NCBI GenBank assembly: GCA_052327205.1
Contig: CM126204.1
Span: forward strand, 352,842,001-352,906,000
DNA: 64,000 nt
Origin: Somniosus microcephalus
Taxonomy: Eukaryota
Reading direction: 5' to 3'
In this document: piece by piece, positions 38,801 through 50,300 of the stretch
Position numbering within the stretch: the stretch's first letter is position 1
How the letters are laid out: each line of letters begins with the position of its first letter
Translations under genes and position numbers: made by a program
The notes under the pieces: model-generated
What the model was told of the DNA's origin: nothing
The model's input: the letters and a program-made list of their open reading frames with translations, nothing else
Databases searched by the model: none

Positions 38801-41008
38801 TTGAAAAATTTTGGGTTTGCATGTTCTTCAACCTTGATGTTTGCCGTAATTCCTTTCAGTGTTCCCAGTCCCTGCTGGAACACCTCTTTAGCATCGTCCA
38901 ATATTCTGGACAGTCGTTTAGGTTTGACATCGTCCTTTTTACCGGAATCTACAGTTAGTGCTTTTAAGGAATGCCAGTCCATATTTATTCTCCTGATCCA
39001 TTCCCGTCCCAGTAGTGGTGGACCTCCCTCAGGTAACACATATAAGTCCATTCCTCGGCTTTCTTTACCCTTGTGGACCACCTTTACCTTTATCTTTCCA
39101 ATGGGGTATACTCTTTGCCCCGTGTATGTTTTCAATACAATCTCCGTATCCCTTAGGGGAATGTGTGGAAATAACCTTTTGTAATCTTGCTTATTCATGA
39201 CCGTCAATGCCGATCCAGTGTCCAATTCCATCTTCACTTGGACTCCTGCTATCTGAAGTGTGACCCAGATAGTTTGGTGGTCTGCTGTGTTACCCACATT
39301 ATGTATTCTTAGACAACCCAGTTCCTTACTGCTGGAGTCTGAATCCATCTTCTGTTCATCCGAACTGTTCTCTGTCACCTTGTTGCACTTTTCCTGCAGT
39401 GACTTTTTGTTGCTGGTCTTCTTTCCTGACCGGCATACTTTATCTATGTGACCGAGCTTGCCACATTTTCTGCATTCCTGATTTTTGAACCAGCACTGGT
39501 TCTGATCGTGCGTTGTCCTTCCGCAACGATAACACTTTACTGCACCCAATGCCATTTGATTGGTGCTGAGTTCCGATGACCTTAGCTGCATTTCCGCGGT
39601 GCCTCTTGCCGCGGCCTCGTGCGATGCTGCAATGGTGACAGCTTTATCAAGCGTAAGGTCCTTTTCCTCTAGCAGTCGCTTTTGTGTTCCTTCTTTTAAT
39701 AATCCACACACGAATTTATCTCTCAGAGCATCTGCTAGTCCTGTACCAAACTGACAGTACTTTGATAGCTTGCGCAGTTCAATTAAGAATTCAGCGTTGC
39801 TTTCCTCTTTCCGCTGCGTTCTTCTGTAAAATTTAAATCGTTCCGCTATCAGCAGCGGCGTGGGGTTTAAATCTTCTTGCAGGATATTAACAATATTCGC
39901 GAAAGTCTGATCCGCCGGTTTATCTGGTGTTACAAGGTGCCTCAATAACCCGTACGTCTTTGCACCCATTGAGTTTAATAAGGTTAGTGCTTTCTTATCA
40001 TCTGGTACCTCATTTGCTGTACAATAAACTTCAATGCGTTCTACATACGTGGCCCAATCTTCAACATCGCTATCAAAAGCAGTGATGTTACCGTGTTTAG
40101 GCATCCTTGAGAGTTTCTTTAAATATTTTATTTTTCCAAAATGGCGGCTTCCCGCGCTTGTCTTCTTCCCCCGCCTACTACAATGGCGGCTTCCCGCGCT
40201 TGTCTTCTTCCCCCGCTGGCTACAATGGCGATGACCACGCTGTTGCCGTTCTCGCCTCCCAGCGGTTCTTAATTTCCCCGACGCTGCTTTTGCTCCCCCG
40301 CGGTTCTTGTGGGCATTAACGCTTCCCTCGTTGCTGCGCCTCTCAGCCCCGATTGCAGCCCGGCCCTTTTCACCAGCTGTGGTCGAGTTCTCCGTGGTTC
40401 TCGTGGCATTAACGCTGCCCTTGTTGCTGCGCCTCTCGGCCCCGATTGCAGCCCGGCCCTTTTCACCGGCTGCGGTCGAGTTCTCCGCCCTTTTTCCTCC
40501 GGTTTCCCTCCCCTTCTCCACTGACAACACGGCCGACTTTCTGCCCGTGTCGCTAGATCGGCTTACCCACCACCGTGGTAGAAGGATGATCACTGCCTGT
40601 CGCTGATGGAGGACTTCGTGGTCAGTAATTTCAACCTGGGTTCTCGATGCCTCCCGTGCGATGCAGTGCTCAGCAGGATGATGAGGGCGGATGCCTCTTC
40701 TCGATGCCCGTTCTGAGGACGAAGCTGCCTTGGATGCAAAACTGCCGCAGGGTAAGATCGGACTCGTCGCCACTGTTGAGTCTGAGTGTCCCAGATATGC
40801 TTATTCTAAATCACTGGACACAGACAACAAGAATAACTTAAACAGGTCTTTACTAATCGAAGGTCAGGGCTGAACTGCTTAGCAAATTACTACACAGAGT
40901 TTATATACCGGTGTGGTCACCACCGGTACTACAATATACAGTAGCCAAGAGAAAGTAGTCCATCTCTTAAGGTAGTCTCTTAAGGTGGTACAGGTGACAT
41001 ACACCACA
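35843..41008 (-). mobile_element. Full-length Gypsy/Ty3 LTR retrotransposon (element A)
   Basis: 235-bp LTRs 35843-36077 and 40774-41008 (3 mismatches by eye); TSD gttct; PBS TGGCGACGAG (tRNA-Ser-like); PPT aaaagggaggaat. Confidence 0.95.
36165..40104 (-). pseudogene. gag-pol of element A (Gag, 2 zinc knuckles, PR, RT, RNase H, IN); one frameshift near 38050 and a late stop at 36230
   Basis: MPKHGN..., [59 protein letters not shown]. Confidence 0.92.
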
Positions 41009-41859
41009 GTTCTGGGAGGGAGGGGCAGGGGTGAGGGCAGACGTGCGGGAGATAGAACTGACACGGTCAACCATGGTAGAGGGGAATCCTTGGTTGAGGA
41101 AAAAGGAAGACATGTCGGAAGCACTGGTATGGAAGGTGGCATCATCAGAGCAGATGCGGCGGAGACGGAGAAACTGGGAGAATGGAATAGAGTCCTTACA
41201 GGAGGCGGGGTGGGAGGAAGTGTAGTCCAGGTAGCTGTGGGAGTCAGTGGGCTTGTACTGAATGTTGGTCAATAACCTATCCCCAGAGATGGAGACGGAG
41301 AAGTCGAGGAAGGAAGGGAAGAGCCGGAGATGGACCATGTGAAGATGAGGGAAGGGTGGAAATTGGAAGCAAAGTGAATTAAATTCTCTTAACTTCTCCT
41401 GCCTTCTATCCTATCACAGACCTTCCCTTTTGTTCTTTTATCCCCTCCCCCATTTCCCAGCCCCTACACTTGCTTAAAAATCTGTTCCATTTCCTGCTTT
41501 TTTCCAGTTCTGACAAAAGGTCATCGACCTGAAACGTTAACTCTGTTTCCCTCTTCACAGAGGCTGCCTGACTTGCTGAGTATCTCCAGCATTTTCTGAT
41601 CCTATCTCTGTCCTGGCTCCAACCAAAGCAACTCCCACTCTTTATGAGCAGTTATACTGCCAATGCCCTGTGAAGTTGATGGGAATGCTGGGAATGCTTG
41701 GTCTGCCGTAGCATTGCAATGACATAATAATTTGTCTTAATCGTGCAATTTAGACCTTTGGAGAGTTTGAAATTTATAGACAGGGAAGATAGGGGAAAGC
41801 GTGGACTATTCGCTAAACTTCCAGCTGTTCCAGGGTTTCAATTACATTTACAACTATAG

Positions 41860-42557
41860 GGCTTAGAAATTCAGTCGCGTTTGCGCCCACTTATGGGCTA
41901 TAGAGTGGTTTGCGCCGGAAGTTTTTTCGCGCCCGAAATTCAGTTGGTCCGTAACATCGACGTTAGCCGGTAGCGCTGCGCCGGCACCGATGACATCATC
42001 GGTGTGCGCAGCGCCCCGGTTCCAATGCAATTCCGGTCCGACCGCCAAATTCAGTTGCGGCCGCCTCTCCCATGGCGGCCGCAAACAGCGTTTGCAAAAC
42101 GGTGCCTTGCAGCTCCGAGAGGCCGGCGCATAAAGGTGGAGGGGCGGCCGGCCGCTTTCCCGGCGGCCGCCTGGCCGCACCTCCCTCCCCGGACTCCTGC
42201 ACCACCCCCCCGCGGCATTGGTGTGTCACTCCCGCGAGCCCGGCACTTCTCCGTGGTGCCGGGCTCATTTGCCGGGGGAATCCAGCGGCGATCTCACGGC
42301 TGCAGGCAGCTCCTCCTTAAGAGAAGGAGGAGGCCTGCAGTACCCCAGCCTGCCGCACCGCATCGGGTGCCGCAGCGGCAGCTGGACGCCTGAAACTGAC
42401 ATTCTTCGCCCCAAACGAGGTGGCCAAACCCTCCAATAGCGCCCGCCTCCGTGTTGGGGCGGCGCAACTGAATTTCAGGCGGGCGCTACGGGAATCCGGC
42501 TGAGCGCTAAATTTCGGGCGCTAAAGACCTGGCGGGGCTATACCTAATTTCTAGGCC
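41860..42557. mobile_element. GC-rich MITE (paralog of 11992-12691)
   Basis: TIR ggcttagaaatt / aatttctaggcc; TSD tag. Confidence 0.85.
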
Positions 42558-42812
42558 TAGATGTTTACAATTGCACAACACATTATAGAACACAATCCAG
42601 TATGGACAAATTGCCTAGCAAAACCCCAATTAGTAATGAACCACCAAGTAATCAAGGGGTCCATTTACACTACAATTTTGGGGTTACTTTGCACCAACAC
42701 TAAATTTGCAATCTAAATCTAGAATTAAGCCCAAAGTTGACTCGGAAAAGAAATGGAGTGAATTTCTCTAATAGGGGGTAATTACTGCTTGGATTTGACA
42801 GCGCAGAGAGTG

Positions 42813-43039
42813 TGACATGAATCAGTCATTCATGAAAGAAAAACTTTTGAAATAATACTGAGCGGCCTACGGGTGGCGCTGTCCAGGGAGAGTATAAATA
42901 CTCGGGCACGGGCCCAGCTTGCGCAGGACATTCTTAACAGGAACTAGTGAAGGACACAACTAGACCTTCATGTTGTAAAACAGTTGATTAAAGCTTTGTT
43001 TAACGCTTAGACCAAGTGCCTAGTAGTTTTCTTACGTCA
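42813..43039 (+). mobile_element. Solo LTR (family X, copy 4)
   Basis: TG...CA; flanks gagtg/gagta; reverse complement of 3071-3299. Confidence 0.8.
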
Positions 43040-43059
43040 GAGTATATCTACAAATGAGC

Positions 43060-45490
43060 AGGGAGTGTAAATCCAGGGTAACGAGCGTAACTCCAGTGCA
43101 GGGAATGTAACTCCAGTGCAGGTAGCGTAACTCCAGTGCAGGGAGAGTAACTCCAGTGGAGGGGGAGTAACTCCAGTGCAGGGAGAGTAACTCCAGGGCA
43201 ATGAGCATAACTCCAGTGCAGGGAGTATAAGTCCAGCGCAACAAGCGTAACTCCAGTGCAGGGAGAGTAACTCCAGGGCAACGAGCGTAACTCCAGTGCA
43301 GGGAGTGTAAGTCCAGCGCAAGGAGAGTAACTCCAATGCAGGGAGAGTAACTCCATGGAAATGAGTGTAACTCCAGCACAGGGAGACTAACTAGTGCAGG
43401 GAGAGTAACTCCATGGCATGGATTGTAAGTCCTGCACAGCAAAAGTATCTCCTGTACAGGGAGAGTAACTCCAGCACAGGGAGAGTAACGCCAGTGCAGG
43501 GAGAGTAACTCCAGTGCAGCGAGAGTAACACCAGTGCAGGGAGAGTAACACCAGTGCAGGGAGAGTAACACCAGTGCAGGGAGAGTAACTCCAGCACAGG
43601 GAGAGTAACTCCAGTGCAGGGAGAGTAACTCCAGGTCAGGGAGCGTAACTCCAGTGCAGGGAGAGTAACTCCAGGTCAGGGAGCGTAACTCCAGTGCAGG
43701 GAGAGTAACTCCAGGTCAGGGAGAGTAACTCCAGCACAGAGAGAGTAACTCCAGTGCAGGGAGAATATCTTCAGTGCAGGGAGAGTAACTCCAGTGCAGG
43801 GAGAGTAACTCCAGCGCAGGGAGAGTAACTCCAGCGCAGGGAGAGTAACTCCAATACAGGGAAAGTAACTCCAGTGCAGGGAGAGTAACTCCAGGTCAGG
43901 GAGAGTAACTCCAGCACAGAGAGAGTAACTCCAGTGCAGGGAGAATATCTTCAGTGCAGGGAGAGTAACTCCAGTGCAGGGAGAGTAACTCCAGCGCAGG
44001 GAGAGTAACTCCAGTGCAGGGAGAGTAACTCCAGTACAGGGAAAGTAACCCCAGTGCAGGGAGAGTAACTCCAGTGCAGGGAGAGTAACTCCAGCGCAGG
44101 GAGAGTAACTCCAGTACAGGGAAAGTAACTCCAGTGCAGGGAGAGTAACTCCAGTGCAGGGAGAGTAACTCCAGCGCAGGGAGAGTAACTCAAGTGCAGG
44201 GAGAGTAACTCCAGTGCAGGGAGAGTAACTCCAGTGCAAGGAGAGTAACTCCAGGTCAGGGAGAGTAACTCCAGTGCAGGGAGAGTAACTCCAGGTCAGG
44301 GAGAGTAACTCCAGCACAGAGAGAGTAACTCCAGTGCAGGGAGAATATCTTCAGTGCAGGGAGAGTAACTCCAGCGCAGGGAGAGTAACTCCAGCACGGG
44401 GAGAGTAACACCAGTGCAGGGAGAGTAACACCAGTGCAGGGAGAGTAACTCCAGCGCAGGGAGAGTAACTCCAGTGCAAGGAGAGTAACGCCAGTGCAGG
44501 GAGAGTAACTCCAGTGCAGGGAGAGTAACTCCAATGCAGGGAGAGTAACTCCAGTGCAGGGAGAGTAACTCCAGTGCAGGGAGAGTAACTCCAGCTCAGG
44601 GAGAGTAACTCCAGTGCAGGGAGAGTAACTCCAGTGCAGGGAGAGTAACTCCAGTGCAGGGAGAGTAACTCCAGTGCAGGGAGTAACTCCAGTGCAGGGA
44701 GAGTAACGCCAGTGCAGGGAGAGTAACTCCAGCGCAGGGAGAGTAACTCCAGCGCAGGGAGAGTAACTCCAGTGCAGGGAGAGTAACGCCAGTGCAGGGA
44801 GAGTAACTCCAGTGCAGGGAGAGTAACTCCAGCGCAGGGAGAGTAACACCAGCGCAGGGAGAGTAACTCCAGCGCAGGGAGAGTAACTCCAGTTCAGGGA
44901 AAGTAACTCCAGTGCAGGGAGAGTAACTCCAGCGCAGGGAGAGTAACTCCGGCGCAGGGAGAGTAACTCCAGTGCAGGGAGAGTAACTCCAGCGCAGGGA
45001 GAGTAACTCCAGCACAGGGAGAATAACTCCAGTGCAGGGAGAGTAACTCCAGTGCAGGGAGAGTAACTCCAGTGCAGGGTGAGTAACTCCAGTGCAGGGA
45101 GAGTAACTCCAGCACAGGAAGAGTAACTCCAGCGCAGGGAGAGTAACTCCAGCGCAGGGAGAGTAACACCAGTGCAGGGTGAGTAACTCCAGCGCAGGAA
45201 GAGTAACTCCAGCGCAGGGAGAGTAACTCCAGCGCAGGGAGAGTAACACCAGTGCAGGGTGAGTAACTCCAGTGCAGGGAGAGTAACTCCAGCACAGGAA
45301 GAGTAACTCCAGCGCAGGGAGAGTAACTCCAGCGCAGGGAGAGTAACTCCAGTGCAGGGAGAATAACTCCAGCGCAGGGAGAGTAACTCCAGCACAGGGA
45401 AAGTAACTCCAGTGCAGGGAGAATAACTCCAGTGCAGGGAGAGTAACTCCAGCGCAGGGAGAGTAACTCCAGCACGGGGAGAGTCACTCC
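43060..45490. repeat. Minisatellite, 20-bp unit gggagagtaactccagtgca, ~120 copies
   Basis: Direct reading; variant units (-cgca, -caca, -gtca, gagaatatcttc) recur in blocks. Confidence 0.97.
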
Positions 45491-46979
45491 AACATTTGGT
45501 TTGTAACTCTAGTGCAGGGAGTTGTAAGTTAATTTAAGTGTCAAGAAATTGTGGACTCTCCTACTCTCTAAACATTAACATTTTAACTGCTGGAAGAATT
45601 GTTCATACACCAGTAATCATGCATGCACAGAGCTCCCTCCTGGGCAGATTTGGAGTTTGCCTACATAATAACAGTGACCAAACTTCAAAAATAATTCATT
45701 GCCTGTAAAGTGCTTTGGGACAGCCTGAGCATGTAAAAGGCACTCATGATCACACACAAGACAAGTTCATCCGATAAGCTAGTTCTCCCCTATAAATACA
45801 ACATGCCAGCCACTGGGATGTTCTCCTCATACTAAAAGCCATATTATACTGATTCATTAACCAAAATCATTCTGAAAAATGATCATTACAGTTCTTACTG
45901 AAAATCTGAAGCAATAATAGAAAATGCTGGATATACTCAACAGGTCAGGCACAAATCAATTGAGGTTTCAGGTATAAACCCTTCCTCAGAACTAAGTTGG
46001 ACCAAACTTAGTTGGTTTGTGCTCACTGACCTGCATTGACTCTCGGTCTGGCAATGCCTCAATTTTAAAAATTCTCATCCTTTTCATCCAGTCTTCAAAG
46101 CCCTCCATGGCCTCCTGAGACCCTACAAGATCTCTGCGCTCCTCCAATTCTGGCCTCTTGTGCAAACCCGATTTTAATCGCTCCACCATTGATTGCCGTG
46201 CCTTCAGCTGCCCAGGATCTCAAAGCTCTGGAATTCCCTCCCTAAACCTCTCCACCTCTCCTTCTTTAAGATGCTCCTTAACGCCTACCACTTTGGTCAA
46301 GCATTTTGTCACCTGTCCTAATGTCTCCTTTCTTGGCTTGGTGTCATTTTGTGTCTGATTACACTGATTATGCCTTGAGACGTTTTACTATGTTAAAGGC
46401 ACTATATAAATCCAAGTTGTTGTTATTATGCTGGATTAAAGCACCAAACTAAGAGCATTATACTTTGTTTCTATAAGGCTTTGGTATGTCGACACGGTGC
46501 CCAGTTTTCAGCCCCACATCTGCTGAAGCATATTGATGCTATAGTGAGAGTGCAAAGGAGGGCAACAACTCTTACCTAAACTTAGACCTCTGCGTTACAA
46601 GGATAGGCTTAGAGAGTTAGGGTTAGTCACTTGGGAGAAAGATAGGCTTAGAGAGTTAGGGTTAGTCACTTGGGAGAAAGATAGGCTTAGAGGAGAAATG
46701 ATTGGGCTTTTTAAAAGATAAATACATTGGATAGATTTAGAGAATATATTTAAAATAGATTTTTAATAGCGGGTATGTCTATAAAATCTAGAAGGAAGGA
46801 GTCAATTAAATGTCGGGAAATGATTCTTCCTTGGAGAGTTGTCACCTGGAAGAGGCTACTGAAGAATGTATTAAGTATGGGTATGCTACAGTCCAGTTAA
46901 GAAAGAATGAGGGGGCCACGTGAGCATATTGGGGATGTGTGGGTTGATTAAGCTCGCCTAGTGTGATCTCGTATTCTAG

Positions 46980-47314
46980 GCTGACTATCTGGTGTAGTAC
47001 TCAAGGCTGTACTGTTGGAGGTGCCGGCATTCTGTTGAGATGTTAAACTAAAGTCTTGTCTGCTCATTCAGGTGAACATTCAAGATGCTATGAGACTATT
47101 TGAGGAAGAGCGGAGAGTTCTTATTCCCAGTGTCCTGGGCAATATTCTTCTCCCAACTAAACCCATCAAAAACAGATTAACTGGTCATTCATCTCCTTGC
47201 TCTTTGTGAGATCTTGCTGTGTGAAAAATGGCTGCTTTGTTTGTCTACATAGCACCAATCACTGAATTTCAAAACGATTTATTTTTTAAGAAGCACTTTG
47301 ACCTGAGTCTGAGG
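46980..47314 (+). mobile_element. Deu-SINE (degenerate); target of element B
   Basis: ggaggtgccggcattctgttgagatgttaaac core; the tail resumes after 51892. Confidence 0.65.
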
Positions 47315-50300
47315 TGTAAAGTCTGTGGGTTATATGGTGAATTAATACACAGACTACAAGAGTAACTTTAACAGGACTTTACTATTCGAAGGTCAGGGCG
47401 AATCTGCCCAATAAATCCTTACACAGCACTTATATACCGGTGTGGTCACCACCGGTATTACAGTATACAGCAGCCAAGATAAAGTAGTGCAACACCTAAA
47501 ATAGTTCTCTTAAAGGTGGATGGTTACATACAATAGTTCTCTTAAAGGTAGAACGGTTACATACACTACAATCCTCCCTTTTTAGCTTACAACATACTTA
47601 TTCCCCATTAAACATAACATCATAACATCTATCCAACTTCATTTAAAAACAGTTCACAGATGTAGTCTCTGCGGAAAACAGTTCACAGATGTAGTCTCTG
47701 CGGAAAACAGTTCACAGATTCAGTCTCTGCGGAAAACAGTTCACAGATTCAGTCTCTGTGGAGGCGCCTCCTGTGCTTCTTGACTCGGTCCGGACAATGC
47801 CTCGGTGGTGTAGCAGTTTCCTGTGGTATAGTCGGTTCACGTTGCTGGAGTGACTCATCCAATAGTCCTTCACTGGACTTAACAGCTTGAACTTCCGTCA
47901 CTTCTGAACCAGCATTGTTGACTTCTAAAAGCTTGAGTACCTTGGGAAGTTTTTCTACTTCCAAACTGATTTGGCTCCGTTCGGAGGGACCACGTGCGTG
48001 ATCTGGTAGAGGTGATAATGGTTCAGATGGGACATCTTCTTCTGTTTCGTCTTTTCCTTTCCTGCTTCTTGGAGACTCTCTGTGCTCCGCTGCCAGCCGC
48101 ATGCACAGTTCCTCCTCCTCTTTCTCCTGTTGCCTTAGCAGTGCCACTATCTCCCGGTGTTTCTTAGACTTTTTGTGATTCTTCAGGGTTTGTGCACTTC
48201 GGAAGATTTCCCCACAAGCTGGGCAGAACAGGTCCTCGTTATATTCGGTGTCGTTCAACAGGACATGGTAATAATCGGTGTCGTCCTGAGCTAGGCCAGC
48301 GAGAGGGTCTTTTATTTCCTCCATGCCCAGCTGGACGTTAGCCAGCTTTTGTTCCAAGTCCCGACATCTCTCCTGAAGAGACTTCTTCATGTGTTCAGCT
48401 TCCTCCAGCTTTTTCTGGGCTTCCTGCAAGTCTTTTATTAATGACCTCATTCGTGATTTCAATGCTTCAACTTCCTTCGGAGATTGATTGATCGTACTAT
48501 TCAATCCCTCTACTGGAGCAGCTGTTTCAGCATTTTGTTGTTCGACATTGACGTGAGTCAGCGTACGTTTGGCATCCAAGGGTTGCTCTGCTGCCATCTT
48601 CTCAGTCTGTGTTGCAACCTCAGCTATTTCAATAACTTTTGAGAGCTCCGAACCCCTTTCCTTTGAAGATTGAAGCTCGTGTTCAAATTGTTCCCATTTC
48701 AGAGTCTTGTCCCTCAGCATATGAAGGAGTTGGCTGACCGTTAACTCTTCTGACCTCATCCATTTCCCAGTAGCTGCAGGGCTGTTTATAACCTTGCCCT
48801 GGGGCTCCTTTGCTGTTTCTACTTCGCCATCATCCGCAGCCTCCACCATTCGAATTTCCACAAATGAATCGTCCGGTGGTGCTGCACCCAACTTCAGTAG
48901 GAGCTCGGAATTCATGGCGACCAACTCAGCCTTTTCTGCCTGCAATCTGCTAACAAGCGCCTTCAGTTGCTGAACATCTTGCTCCACCAGATTAGAGCAC
49001 GCACCTTCAGAAACCGAATCAGCTTTGATTCGTTTGGCCTCCTTGCGCAGACGGTTTGTGTGCTCCTGCTCCCTTTTCTCCCTCAGCTGTTTCTGTTGTC
49101 TTTCCAGATTCTCCCACTCTGTGTCAAAGAACGTTTTCATTGCTTTTATCTCTTGCTCGAGACGGCAACTCAATTGTTCTAATTGCTGTTGTAATTTGAA
49201 ATGGAGTTGAGTTCGAGCCCGGTGTTCCTCAGACTTGTGCATGTCTGTAAACTGGACAGACTCAGAATTCTCTGCCAAACTATGTTGTTGTTGTTCAGTG
49301 GAATTCTGTTCTGAAACTTTGTTCTCCTTTGAAGCATCAGTATTTATGCACTCCTTCGTTTTTCCAACCTTAGTCAGCAAGTCCATTTTAGACTTGTCTT
49401 TCGCACCTGGGCTGGTCTTGTCGTCATCCGTTTCAGAGTCTGAGCTGATTGTCTTCACCGAGTTCTCACTCGTTATTGCTTTTAGGTAGTGCCATTCCAT
49501 ATTTATTTCCCTGATCCACTCCCGTCCCAGAAGTGGTGGACCTCCCTCAGGTAGTACATATAAGTCCATTCCTTGGTGTTCTTTGCCCCTGTCTCTCACC
49601 TTGACTTGTATCTTTCCCATGGGGTATACTTTATGCCCCGTGTATGTCTGCAATACGATCTTGGTATCTCTCAAGGGTATATGTGAGAATAGCCGGTTGT
49701 AATCCCTTCGATTTATGACTGATAGGGCTGATCCTGTGTCCAATTCCATTTTCACTTGGACTCCGGCTACTTTTAGTGTGACCCAGATAGTTTGTAGGTT
49801 AGCTTCCTTACTCACATTGTGAATTCTCAGACTACCCAGTTCCTGGCCGTTCGGGTCTGAATGCGAATTCTGTTCATCTGAACTCTTCTCAGCCACCTTG
49901 TGTACCTTGCTGTCCTTTTCCTGAGGTGACTTTTTTCTGTTGTTGGTCTTCTTTCCTGACCGGCATACTTTAGCTATGTGACCAAGCTTGCCACATTTTC
50001 TACATTCCTGGTTTTTAAACCAGCATTGGTTCTGGTCGTGTGTTGTCTTCCCACAACGATAACATTTTGTTGTACCCGAAGTCATTTGATCCACGCTGAG
50101 TACCGCTGCCTTCAGCTGCATTTCCGCAGTGCCTCTCACGGCTGCTTCGTGTGATGCTGCAATAAGGACAGCCTTGTCAAGTGTAAGATCGTTCTCTTCG
50201 AGCAGTCGCTTTTGTGTTCCTTCCTTCGACAACCCGCACACGAACTTATCTCTCAATGCCTCTGTCAGATTTTCCCCAAACTGGCAGTATTTCGCTAGTC

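Larger units (their letters stand above)
34770..41600 (-). mobile_element. Penelope-like element (RT C-terminus 41009-41340, GIY-YIG 35208-35620) with inverted pLTR; interrupted by Gypsy element A
   Basis: YKPTDSHSYLDYTSSHP..CKDSIPFSQFLRLRRICS and DRFAEHLRSV..PVACHFN..RKLEEQHLIFRLGTLQPSGLN; 34810-35030 and 41385-41600 are inverted copies. Confidence 0.85.

Noticed and set aside
43060-45490. CRISPR array or repeat-protein gene (LELLSLHWSYSPCTGVTLPA ORFs)
   Set aside because: Units are contiguous with no unique spacers, there are no cas genes, and the context is vertebrate. The ORFs follow from a stop-free 20-bp unit.
48255-48290. [10 protein letters not shown] as the start of a DnaJ J-domain
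   Set aside because: No HPD motif follows, and element C shows it is a 30-nt duplication of the sequence preceding the zinc finger.
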